Below are positions 25,660 to 37,470 of a DNA stretch of 64,000 nt, piece by piece. This DNA is from Felis catus. Taxonomy: Eukaryota. Under the pieces are notes generated by a model. The model searched no databases. It was not told where the DNA came from and saw only the letters and a program-made list of their open reading frames with translations. The stretch spans positions 8,806,001 through 8,870,000 of the forward strand of contig NC_058383.1 of assembly GCF_018350175.1 (NCBI RefSeq), given 5' to 3'. Position 1 is the first letter of the stretch. Each line of letters starts with the position of its first letter. The position numbers were made by a program, and so were the translations under genes.

Positions 25660-26090
25660 CTTTAATGTAACCACACTACTATCACCGGATCAAAAGCTAA
25701 TTTCTTAATGTCATCAATACTTAAATCTCCAGTTGCGCCCAATCCTAGATGGTTTGATTTTTTTTAATTTGTTGGACCCGGGATTCAAGTAAAATCCAGA
25801 TGTTGGAATTGGTTGGTACACCTTTAAGCCTCGTTCATTTTCCAGATCGCCCTTCATCCCTTTTCCTCTTCCCTGCAATCTACCTGCGTAAAAAAAAACT
25901 GGCTCATTTGTCCTGAAGAGTTTTCCCACGGTCCGGATTTTGCCAGCAGCATCCCCGGGTACAGCCGAGCGTGTTCTTCTGTCCTCCGTAATTCCTCTCA
26001 GTGTGTAGTTGAACCTGGAGGCTTGATCAGATTCAGACTGGAAATTGTTGGCAAAAGCCGCTTCATGGGTTGGCTTGAGTACCTTGTAAT
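25660..26090 (-). mobile_element. Ancient L1 3' UTR fragment
   Basis: aatttcttaatgtcatcaatac...gggattcaagtaaaatcca...attggttgg resembles old L1M 3' ends. Confidence 0.55.
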
Positions 26091-26199
26091 GTTCTCAGGT
26101 ACTGAAAATCGGCTAAGCAGTAAAGATCCTGTTTGTCACGCACGACAATGAGCCTGGGTATGTGCGTGGTCTTGGTGGTTTCCAAGCCCTTTTCCGCTC

Positions 26200-26345
26200 C
26201 AGCAGAGCTCTTACTTTATCCTCATTCCAGCTTCTTTGAGAAAGGCCGTATTATTCCTGCTGAGCAGATGGCTGTCAAGCTCAAAAGTCTGCCCAAGGTC
26301 AAACAGCTAAAACGGCAGCGGGGAAGAATTCGAGCCTGTTTGCTC
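26200..26345 (-). mobile_element. MIR fragment
   Basis: gcccaaggtcaaacagctaaaacggcag...gaattcgagcc core. Confidence 0.65.
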
Positions 26346-27591
26346 TCCTGGCCACACTCCTGGGCTCCTCCAGACCACAGTTTCCCCCATTTTACCTCCA
26401 GTACCTCCATCCCACTTGGGACCCCCGGGCCCTTGATTTGAGGAGAGAAGAGGATGTTCCCATCCAGCCTGCTTCCGGCTGCTCTGAGGGCAACAGTGTT
26501 TCAACTCGAGAGAAATGACAAGAGGCATCCAAGGTTTAATCCCGACACTCATCCCAAGAGGCTTTGGATGGTCTCGGTACCAAAGCAGAATGAATTGTGC
26601 AATCGCATAACCTAATTCTCGGCTACAGCTGTCCCACGTCCCTGCCCAGAGATGACTGAAGCCTGAGTGACAGTCACAGGCTGTTTCTGATCACACCGAG
26701 GGTCATACACACTGGCGAGTGACCGGCCTGCCGGAGCCGTCCTTGTCGGTTTGGCAAACCTTGTGCAGACCACTTCGTGGGTCAGCTAGAACCAGGTTAA
26801 CCTAAAGGAGGGTTTTATTTAAATCATTTCATGAAACCGAGTCCGCCAAAGAATGGGGCAAGAAGGGAAATTTTCTTCCCGTTTGGGATCGACAGGAGGA
26901 GTCTAACTGAAATTGATTTTGTTACTTGTTGTTTAAATTTAAATAGAATGGTCAGGAAAAAAACAAACCAATTGTGGTTAATTTCCGTGTACGCAGAGGT
27001 GATGGTCTGGCCGTTTCACTGCCTCGACACGATTTCATTTCCAATAAGACTAAAAACCACTGTTTCCGGAAGGTTTGACCTGGAGGTTAAGCGCTGCGGC
27101 CATCTCTCCGCTCAGGCCCTTGATTTGACTGGAGAGGGATGGGTCCGCTCTGGAGTGACGCGTTTGATCAGAGGCTTGGAAGGGAGCCAGGTGGCTTCTC
27201 CCCTGCCCTCCGATTCTGCCAGAGCAGAGATAGCTTAACGCCAGTGGAACATCAAAGATCGGTCTGGTCACACACAAGAGGGTTGTCCAGAAAACCTCTC
27301 CCCAGAGAACACTCTCCTCCTCTCCACTTGCCCTCCCAGTCAGTGTCTGCTGAGTCCCGATTTACGCCCAGCTCTGTGCCAGGCACACAGATACGCTGGG
27401 AGCCAGGACGACTGGCCCTGCCTTGGGGAACTCCCGGTCTAGTAGAAAAAGGAAGCCTAACTCTGGGTCTTTGCATATTTTTTTTCTCCAAGGAGATTGT
27501 TGTCCCTTTTTTCAAAGGCTATGAAAAGTGCCAAGAACTTAAGTCTGCAAAAGCAACTTACAGACTCTTTCCTTAAGAGTCATATTTACAT

Positions 27592-27798
27592 GGGGCGCCT
27601 GGGCGGCTCAGTCGGTTAAGTGTCTGACTTCGGCTCAGGTCATGATCTCATAGTTCATGAGTTCAAGCCCCACGTCGGGCTCTGTGCTGACAGCTCAGAG
27701 CCTGGAGCCTGCTTCCGATTCTGTGTGTCCCTCTCTCTCTGCCCCCTCCTCCACTCACGCTCCGTCTCTCAAAAAATAAACGTTAAAAAAAAATAATA
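27592..27798 (+). mobile_element. CanSINE (SINEC_Fc type)
   Basis: Full length with exact TSD AGTCATATTTACA at 27578-27590 and 27799-27811. Confidence 0.97.
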
Positions 27799-27842
27799 AG
27801 TCATATTTACAGTTTGACAAAATACCTCTACACCCTCTGCTC

Positions 27843-28035
27843 TTTTTTGTTTTGCTTTGAGAGAGAGAGAGCTCGAGTCAGGGAGAGAGGCAGAGGGAAA
27901 CAGAGAGAGAATCCTAAGCAGGCCCCACACTCAGCTCGGAACCCAACGTGGAGCCGGAACTCACGACCCTGGGGTCATGACCCGAGCAGCAATCTAGAGT
28001 CAGACACTCAACCGACTGGGCCACCCGGGCGCCCC
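27843..28035 (-). mobile_element. CanSINE
   Basis: Antisense body ending ccacccgggcgcccc. Approximate TSD acc(c/g)tctg(c/t)tcttt. Confidence 0.92.
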
Positions 28036-28119
28036 AACCGTCTGTTCTTTAAAATACCAGCCCACCAGCTGCTGCCTGTCAAGTGCCAAGAGGACTTCAC
28101 GTAACACACAGATGTCATC

Positions 28120-28400
28120 GTTGATTTGCATGTTGAGTCAACCGGTGTTTTAGTGTGCACCTGCTGTGTTCGCTGAGATTATAGCGGTGAATAAATAAGT
28201 GATCAGTATATGAATAAGATAGTTTGAGGCCAGAATAAGCGCAATAAAAATAAGGCGAAGGGACAGTGGGGAGTGGGGCTGCTGGGAGGCCTTTCGGAGG
28301 ACAGCCACTAGAGCTGAGACCTGGGTGGTGACTGCAGCCATCCATCAGGACCTCAGCAGAGGGGACAGCTGTAGGGACAAGCATAGTCCCAAGGAACAGG
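28120..28400 (-). mobile_element. L2 3' fragment
   Basis: atttgcatgttgagtcaaccggtg...ggaggcctttcggaggacagccactagagctgagacctg resembles antisense L2. Confidence 0.55.
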
Positions 28401-28999
28401 ACTGAAGAAGCCATGAAGTGCTAGTTAAATGAGCTACAGAAGGAAATTTACATGGCACGCGTGTTGCTGGCAGGTTTCTCTGCAAGAAGGATGAACCCCA
28501 GCAAGTCTCTTGGGTTGGAAGACTTGGTTGTTTGAAACGTGGGAAATGTGGAAAAGGAGCCCAGGTGTTTATGGGAGGCAGGTCTGCAATCGGCTCTGTT
28601 CCCTGCAGGGTCGGGGCCTCTGAGGGGATGCGGGGCCTCTGGCCCAAAAGACAGACCTCACTGGGCCTCATTTGGACCTCATTGGGAGGGAACAAGCCAA
28701 AAAGAAGCTCCTGGGATCCATGGTGCCAACCAAGGCTGACTGGTGGCCAGCAGACTAGATTTGACCACAAACTGCCATGGGAATGCAGTGGAGGGAAGGG
28801 CTAGTCCGGGCAAAAGAGGCCACGGACCTCATGGGAGAGGAAGGGCTGGACAGACCCTCCCCGAGAGATGGTGGCCAGGGTACTGCCGCCTGGGGGTAGT
28901 GGGCGGCGGGTACAGGCACCCCAGGGCTCATGTGCCCAATGACGGCACGCGGGCCATGCAAAGGGAATTTGGTTTGGGTTTTTTAAGAGCAGCGGCATC

Positions 29000-29120
29000 A
29001 GGGCACCTGGCTGGCTCAGTCGGTAGAGCACGTGACTCTTGATCTCAGGGTCACGAGTTGAGCCCCACGGTCGGGTGTAGAAATTCCTTGAAAACAAAAT
29101 CTTTAAAAAAACAAAAAAAA
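29000..29120 (+). mobile_element. Older short CanSINE
   Basis: gggcacctggctggctcagtcggtagagcacgtgactcttgatctcaggg plus A tail. Confidence 0.92.
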
Positions 29121-29164
29121 GCAATACCGTCAAATCTGTTATGACTTCACTTTGGCAAAGATAA

Positions 29165-29710
29165 GACAAAAGAAACTGCAAGCAAAGCTCCTACGTAAGT
29201 ATTTATGAAAAAAACACTAAAAAAAATATCAGCACGTAGAAATCAGGAACACATAACCATGTGATACACCACAAACAGGGGCAAATAACTGTCAGTATAA
29301 TTTACCATTTTAGCAAGTCAGAGGAGAAAACCCATTTAATTCACTTCATAAATGCTTAAAAGGCACTTAATGAAATCAATATCTGTCTTTTATTAAAAAG
29401 TCTTAATAAAATAGGAACAGTTGGATATTTCATTAACAAAATAAAAACACATATATTTAAGGTCCACAGTGAGCAACGCGCTTAACGGTGGAACATTCGA
29501 TGCATCACCCTCAAAGCCAGACACCAGGCGGGGGTCCCCACCGCCGCCTCGCTATGTCACGTGGTTCCAGAAGCACAGGCCACCGCCACCATCCGAGGGA
29601 ACGAAGAGAGATAAAAGGGCAGGAGGAGACCGTCCTGTCACATGCACGTGAGGGGCAGGACACCCCGAAAGCCCAAGAGAGCAACCAGAAAGCCGTTCAC
29701 GAAGTTGAAC
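29165..29710 (+). mobile_element. Ancient L1 ORF2 reverse-transcriptase fragment
   Basis: Collinear decayed match to the L1 RT stretch KENYRPISLMN...KILANRIQ...[21 protein letters not shown]...GTRQGCPLSP...KEIKG, recognised at nucleotide level. No intact ORF. Confidence 0.8.
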
Positions 29711-30619
29711 CGGCATCTACCGTGTTATGAGCCTTTTCTCTGGCTGGAAGGCTGTTCCGCCCTCTGCCCCACCGTTCTGTGCCCGCAGACACCTCTTTAT
29801 CCTCCGGGATGTAGACCAGATGGCCCCTCACCCGTGAGACTGTCCCTCCTCCTGTCTGCAGAGGAGACACGGTCCCTCGGCGGGCTATTACCGTACCAAG
29901 TTACACCCCAAATCATTGGGGTCTCTTCATGTCCCTGCATCCCCCTCCCCAGCTGAGTAGGCGGTGACAGGGTCCTAGTGGGTGCATATTTCTGAGTTCG
30001 TAGGACAGGCAGGGTGTGTCCTGTGCACTAGCAGTTAAGGCAGACGCCATTAGGCACTGTGCACTCGGCACGGGGACATTTGTGTCCCTCTCCGACGGGG
30101 CACGTAGAACGTGCTCAGTAGGCATTATTGAGTGGGGATCCCCCACACTTGAGTCCGAGCGAGTGGTGCCCGTCCCGGAGGAGGGCACGGTGCCGCCTTC
30201 TCTGGGCACAGCCTTGCCCCGGCTTGTCACACGATCCTCTGCAGACCAGCCTTTCCTCTTGGCGGCATCGGGTGCCTGTGCCGTGCGCAGGTCCTCAGCT
30301 GTGTGCCTGAGCAGGGGCAGGGAGAGACCTTTCCTGAGAAATTCTGCCCCCAATTTAAGGAATTCCAGACCACGGCCAGGAAGCCTTCTTCCGCACCTGG
30401 CCCTCTAGCCACCTCTTTTTCCCTTTCCTGCGTGTTATTTCTGAACCCAGGCCGGTGAGCCCCACTCCTGTATCTCTGCCTCCTGTGCTAAGAGAGCCTG
30501 GCCTGGGTGACCAGTGACTGACCACCTTCCTGACAGCGGAGGCCAGCACATGCAGCGTCCGGGTGGAGGGGGAGAGTCACCTTATTAAACATCCTACAGC
30601 TTTTTAAAGTTGCATTTGC

Positions 30620-30843
30620 GGGGCACCTGGGTGGCTCGGCCGGGTGGGCACCCAACTCTTGATTTCGGCTCAGGTCGTGATCCCGCGTTTCACGCGATCG
30701 AGCCCCGAGTCGGGCTCTGCACTGACCACACGGAGCCTGCTGGAGATTCTCTGTCTCTCCCTCTCTCTCTCTGCCTCTCTCTCTCTCTCTCTCTGCCTCT
30801 CTCCTGCCTGCACTCGTACTCTCTCTCTCTCAAAAAATGAAAA
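30620..30843 (+). mobile_element. CanSINE
   Basis: ggggcacctgggtggctcgg head, long (CT)n tract, short A tail. Confidence 0.93.
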
Positions 30844-33715
30844 TGTGTTTTTAATTTTTAAAGCAGGGAGAATTAATCTTTAGATACTTCTTCTGGTGTC
30901 CAAGAATCTTACAGTCTAGTGTTGAGACTACTGGCTCTTGACTTGGGTCCAAGAAGACATACTGATCTGAAGGTTGCCCCGGACGCTTTTCCAACTGCCC
31001 TGTAGATACGCTTTGTTTTAACAGCTCCCAATGTGGTTGTGATTCTTTGCTGTTGAAATCTGTGCCAACCTTGCCCTGATGCCATCCCTTAGCGCTTGGG
31101 GAGGCTAAGTACGAAAGTAAATACGGAATTTCTAGTGTGGGTATAGTTTGTCTTCCGTCACTGACCGCATCCCTTCAAGTTCCTCATAAAAGTTGTGTGC
31201 TAGCCCAGAGAGGACTCTGCCATGATCTGTGGGGAATGGATTGGACGAACTGCACATTCTAGGCCGAGCACAAATTATCTGCTTTGTGAAGTCAGAGCAG
31301 AGCATAACGCAGTACAGGTTAGTAGATCAGTGAAAGCTGTTTTGTCAGCTCGTAAAAAGGCGAGAGAACCAAATTTTTATAATAAATAGTTTTGCTGGGC
31401 AGACAGTACGTGCGGCTATTATGGACTTTGGAGAAAATAAATGATTTTAGGCTAATGTCAGGTTCCAGACCCTGACGTGGTTGGTGAGCCTTCAGAATGA
31501 AAAGGACAAGAAACCTCTGGAATATCGTTGACACTCGTGCCGTGAAAGCACATGCCATTTCGCTCATTACTGTGCTTTTCAGATACCATTTCTACTTGTG
31601 GTTTGAACCCCTGGGCGTTTTCCTAATACTTACTGCTGAGGGCAGTGTGTCCGGTAGGATTAATTTTGTTGGGGGCTGGGGGCAGCCATTGGGAGGGGAG
31701 TAGACTTGTAGGCTCAGCAGCAGGTGTGTCCTCAGACGAGACCAGCACACGCATCTGAGAGCCCGCCATCTTGCTCCTTGTCTACAAATGCCAATGGCCA
31801 CGCTTTCTGTCTTCAGAAGCCCTGACCACACATCAGTAGCCAACTAGTTGTGTCTTCTTTGACCTCTTAAGAGGTATGCCCCTTGGAAAAGCCAATCAGG
31901 AGCCTACAGACTTGTAAAATAAGAATCCGAACCTTTCCTCACCCCCAGCATCCCTGGTTCCTTCCATTGTCTCCTCCTGTGGTTTCGGGTCCATTCTGTG
32001 AATGGGAACCTGTAGCAGCCAGGCCCCACTGTCATCAGGATACCTGGTATTGAATAGCCACCACCCCCCTCCCTACTTGTTACCAGCAGAACTCAGTGTT
32101 GTGATTATCATTTGAAAGCTTTGGAAATCTGAGAGCTGCTCACAGAATGAAAGGTAAGTGAGGTAGTTGTTATCAGGTTCAATATTTTGGTCCATTTAGC
32201 GGTTGCTTAGTAACCGAGGTGAAACTGACCAGAAGATGGAAAAAGTTGAAATTCATTTCCAGGGATTGCCGCAGCCTGCCAAGAAGGCACCTTCCTGTTT
32301 CAATGTGACTAATCTTTCTAGAAGTGACTTGAAATCTTTTGGAGATGATGCACTATTTCCTGGATGTTAGGTATACTAACGAATATCCAAAACTATTCGC
32401 TTTCTGAGAAGAAATCCAGAGAGTCTGCGTTTGTGAGGAGGTTGTCAAGTTCCACCCACGTCCCCTAAACCAAGCAGGATCTGGATGCCACTTCCCAGCC
32501 CCCACGGGTGCCAGCCTTACCCATCCCTGCCTGTAGGTAAAGCCAGGCCCCTAGGAACCCCTCTGTTCTCTAGCTCCAGTGTGTATCCAACCCTGAACCG
32601 GCCCCTTGGCCACTGGCAGCGGCCAGGTGAGAAGTAAGGAATGGCTGAAAACAGGCGACGGTGGCCCAGTGACCCCCCCCCCCAGGCAGCCACACGTCTA
32701 CCCCGTGTCTCCAGCCCCCCAGGACTGGGGAACCGCACCCAGGGGGACCACCGCTCCTCTTCATACGGCATCCCTCTGAGAATTAAAGTGGAAGCCCTGG
32801 CCGGAGACTTCTCCCGGTGGAAGGGAGTTACCAGTGAGGGCTCTGGGGGCCTGGAGTCATCCCCTCCCTACACACACGGCAAAAATGCGTTGAACCCCCG
32901 CCATGCACCTTTCTGCTCCAATTCACCTTGAGAGACACACAGCAAAGCCCGCCCTCTCTCCTCCCTCCACCTTCCCTGCCAGATAAAGAGTAGCTGGTCC
33001 TCTGGGGGTAAACAGCCCCAGAGGAAAACACCCCTCTGGAAGACCAACCCCCAACCCAACAGTGTATCCGCCCTGTGAGGCAAAAGCAAGGAGTGATCGA
33101 AAACCTCATGAACTGGCAACGCCGAGTATGAAGAACAGAATAAGCAAACTAAGGAGCAAATGAGAAATGTTCCAGGGTGGGTGCAGCCACACTTGGGTCA
33201 GACCAAAGAACCGACCGGAAGGCAGCAGGAAAGGCTAGAGAGACGGCAGGTGCAAAGCAAAGGTTGCGGGACGTGGAGACACGGAAGGAGATGTGGGTGC
33301 ATGGGAGACCCAGCAGGAGAATTTGGGGAAAACCCTCAGCGGCACGGGCTCAGGACCCGGGCTTCCTCCACCCAGGCCATTCCCCAACCTGATCTGTCCA
33401 AGGGAGAAGTGAGGCGTGGTCGCCAGCATAGCTGGTCTGGGTACCCAGCGGCCACGCGTGTCCGTTCTTCTCCCATGCCTGTGCAGCACCCGCAAAGTAT
33501 GCAGGAGCCGTGTCCACGTGTGCCCGTCCTATAGTCCCATCTGCCAGGGCCAGATGCTGGCAGCTGTCGGGAAATGGTTGCAGAACGAGCAAGGGAATGA
33601 ATGAGCCATGCCCATAGCCGGGGAGATCTGCCGTGTATACCTGAATTTCCTAAGTACATGATGAATAACCGTCTGATTTAAGTTCCAACCTGTGTTTAAA
33701 AGTTGGGATTTGCCT

Positions 33716-33892
33716 GGGGCGCCTGGGTGGCTCAGTCGGTTAAACGTCCAACTTGGGCTCAGGTCATGATTTGTGAGTTCAAGCTCCTCTTCGGGCTCTG
33801 TGCTGACAGCTCAGAGCCTGGAGCCTGCTTCCGATTCTGTGTCTCCCTCTCTCTCTCTGCCCCTCCCCCTGCTCATGCTCTCTCTGACGCAT

Positions 33893-33928
<36 letters not shown>

Positions 33929-33958
33929 AAAAATAAACATTAAAAAAAGGGTTTTAAA
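33716..33958 (+). mobile_element. CanSINE (SINEC_Fc type)
   Basis: Exact 18-bp TSD AAAAGTTGGGATTTGCCT at 33698-33715 and 33959-33976. Confidence 0.97.
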
Positions 33959-35402
33959 AAAAGTTGGGATTTGCCTTGGGAAAAGTTCGCTATTTCATCT
34001 TGAACCCAGTGAACTTTGCACATACATCATCGGCAGGTGGTCAGGATAGCACCTGTCAGTACTGACTGTCAGGCAGTTATGTTTAAGACCCTCAACACTT
34101 ACACTGGTTTCTTTACCCTCTGTAGTCAGCAGACTCTCTTTTCTGTGGCCCTGCCATTTTTCCTTGAGGTCTCGGCGGTTTCCAGTTGAGATGATGCGCT
34201 GAGATGTTTCGTAATTTAAGCCACCCCGGCCCGCCCCCTCGTACCCAGCACTTGGCTGCAGGGGCCCCGAGACACTGTCTTCTTCACAGAGCCACCCTAA
34301 AAATAGCTTTGTGTCTCTAAGCCATTTTATGAGTTGCTTCGGACTTTTTTTTTTTTTTTTTCAGACCGATCTGAAAGCAGGATACTATTTCAAACGGGTT
34401 TATAAAGAGCGTTGAACCCGATCACAAGGCATCGGTTACCCCATTCAGGCGGCTAGGCGCTGATACAGTTGCCTCAAATCAGTGTTCCTTCCACTGCAGT
34501 CTGGAAAAGCCTCCGGGCCAGAGGGAGCCCAGATGCAGCAAACAGCAAAAACCAGGGCCTGAGTACAGTTTGGCTAACTCCTCGTATTAGGGGTGGGTCG
34601 TTAGGGCCAGACGGGCAGGCTTCAGGGACAGAAGAACCCTCTCGGGGCTGGGCCCGTTACGGGTGCCCTGAGCTGCCCCAGGGAGTAGCCAGGCCTGAGG
34701 CCAAGCCCTGTGAAGCTCCAGGGATGAGAGTGAAGGAGACCCCGCTCCCAGTGCGTGGGGACCTCACCTCTAACCTGTAAACTCAAAGCCCTGCCACTCC
34801 CCTGAGATGGAGCAGCTAGGAGGGGTTGGGAAGTGCTGGGGGTGGGGGCAGAAGCAGATGAGGGTCCCAGGAGCAGAGGGCAAGCCAGGGAGACAGCACA
34901 GGCTCACTGCGGGCCCACGAGTGGCGTTTGCCGTCGGAACGCGGGGCCCTGGGCTGATGGGTGGGCCAGGGCAGGTGGTGGGCACAGCCTCATGGCAGGA
35001 CCTGGTGTAGAGCACGGAGCAGGAGACTGGGGCCGGTAGGCCACAGAGGGTTCCGGCCCACATGGAGCGTGGAGTCAGGGGTCCCCCGCCGGAGCGGGCC
35101 CTGAACCCCAACGAGGGTTCCCTTTTCTCCTGGAAGGACACATCTTAACCTATCTTTTCCTGGCTCTGTCTCCCTGACGAGATTGGGAGCCCCACCCCCA
35201 CCCACGGACAGGGCGGCCTTCCCCACAGCTCAAGCACACCTCCTCCCGATGGGCAGGTCCACACAACCCCTCGCTTCCCCAGCGCCAGGGACTCTGGCCT
35301 GTGTGACGGCGGGTCATTGTGCCCAGCTGGGAGCCGTGGTCACCCTGAGCCCGCCCGTTGCCAACTAACAGCGGTCTCTCTCTCTCTCTCTCACCTTTCC
35401 AG

Positions 35403-35451
35403 GGCCGACGAAATTGAAATGATCATGACGGACCTTGAAAGAGCAAACCAG
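35403..35451 (+). CDS. CUX1: CUX1/CASP coding exon, 49 nt (exon 9 equivalent)
   Basis: Branch-point-like ACTAAC, (TC)9 tract, acceptor tttccag, donor CAG|gtagga. Reads (K)ADEIEMIMTDLERANQ. Confidence 0.97.
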
Positions 35452-36619
35452 GTAGGATGCTTCATGGCCTCGGACTTAAAGTCACCACAACATAGCCATT
35501 TCTGTCATCTTGCAAGACATTTCTCTCTGAGTTAGCAGGCCGGTTACTCTTGTATTTTTTTACATAACAACTGTCCGTGTCGACGCTTCTTCTGATGCCC
35601 TGAGAAGTGCTTTCCTGGGCAAAGTGTTTGGGGTGGTCCCAGCGCCCCAGACTCCGTGCTGAGAATCCACTTCAGGGTGGCCGCTGCTGGTCCTTTTTCT
35701 TAACCAATCCCTCAAACATCCGTCTCGGCTCCCGTGGCGGCCGTCATGCCCCAGACTTTGTCGCAGTGACTCGCACCGTAAAGAGGTCTCTGCCTCTGCC
35801 TTTGGATGCACAGCCCCCTCCCGCCTGGTATTTAAGTCGTCACGGATGCTTTGGGGAAAGTACCCGGCACCGTGTCCGGAAAGGAACACCACACAGTACG
35901 GGGGAGGCTCTAAACCCTCAGCTGCCTGGAAAGACTTGGGCCACCCTGCAGAACCCCTGACATCCCCCCCCCGGGGACTCCACAGAGCAGTAAAACATTC
36001 CACATTCACAAATGATGCTGCTGCTTTGGAGAGAAGGGCTCTCCTATTTATTTCCTTTATGAGCGAGGAGACGCACCCAGAGCTGGGATGGATCTCAGCC
36101 CCAGGAGGCCACAGGCTGCGGCCTCTCCCCACTCAGTTCACAGCGGGGTAGCCACCCCGAGAGCACAGGGGAGCTTAGCGGTTTGCTTAGCGGTTTGCCT
36201 CGGGTGGCCTGGGCAGGTGCAGCCCCCCATAGGATGAAAACCCTCCCCGGATCTGCGGTCCCCGCGTTCCACCTCGCGAGAGTTCCACAGGCCAGCGGCC
36301 TCCTGGCGGCTGGCACTGCCGGCCCGCAGCTTGGCACGTGCTCAGGAAAGCGTGTCCTTGTCCATCCTGTCCAGTAAAAACACCCCGGAATCTGACTGGA
36401 ATACGGAAGTCCGTTCGTGCATGGGAGCCATCCGGGGGTTTGTGGATGCCCTTTATTCTGGAGGGAAACTGTGCGGGTTCGGCGTTGCGCACTCAGACTC
36501 ACCGCTGAGGATCCTGGGCCTGGGCCATAGAAGGCACGCAATAGAGAGGCACGGAATGAGTCACCCGAGCTAGAATCTTCGTGCGTTAGTTCTCCTGATC
36601 CTAGTAGTAACTTCTTCTG

Positions 36620-36760
36620 TGCCTGGCTCTGTTCTGAGCACTTCACGTGAACGGAGTCGCTGAACCCTCACGGCAGCCCGCCGGGGTCAGTGCTGTCACG
36701 ACCCCCATCTTACAGACAAGGAAACTGAGGTCACGGCTGCTCAGGCACAGAGCCAGGGGT
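36620..36760 (-). mobile_element. MIR fragment
   Basis: cccatcttacagacaaggaaactgagg core. Confidence 0.75.
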
Positions 36761-37299
36761 AGGGCCCGTGCCCCTCACCGCCACACCCAGAGCCAGGGAC
36801 TCGGGACCGGCGTTCACTTGGCCTTTCCTGCAGACCGTCCCAGCTCCCAACGCACCCGCCCCCACAACTCCTTGCTGTGAGGCACTGTTTCTGCTTCACC
36901 TCACGAAGGCACTTGAGCATTTGTTTACCTTTATTTGCTGAACGAATTTGCTTTGGCCCCTTTGCTTTTACACAGCACCGCTCAACTTTGCAGCGACCTT
37001 AACTCGGAGTAGTTGCTGGAGAGAGTTGACCTCCTCCGCGAGACAGTTGCCATTTGCACATCTCAGATTTGTTCCCGGGCCCATCTTGGGCGTGCCTGTC
37101 GTTTCGATGGCACTTTAGGGTAGGCTCCAGTTTGTTAAACAGAGAGCCTCTTCCTGGGGGTATCGAGCCTGGCTGTCTCGTACCGTCTCCGAGGCAGCCC
37201 CCAGGAACTGAAGAAGTTTGGCGGGGTCGGTGCACTTGAAAGTGCCGAGGGCCACCTGGAGGGACCTCAGCCCTGGGAGACAGGACCGTGGAGCAACGG

Positions 37300-37470
37300 G
37301 GCAACTCCAGAGTGACACTTGGTTCAGGCCCGGGAGTCTGGTATTTGCTGGCCATGTAGCCTCGGGCAAGTCTCTTAACTGCTTCTATCTCTTTAAAAAA
37401 AGAAAAGGAAAAAAGCGAGATGAGCTCTGCAAACTAAGATGCGAGATGAAAAGCTTGTGGAGATTGGTCA
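37300..37470 (+). mobile_element. MIR fragment
   Basis: ggttcaggccc...tgtagcctcgggcaagtctcttaact. Confidence 0.55.

Noticed and set aside
29000..29075. tRNA-like sequence with A and B boxes
   Set aside because: It is the tRNA-derived head of a CanSINE followed by an A tail, not a tRNA gene.
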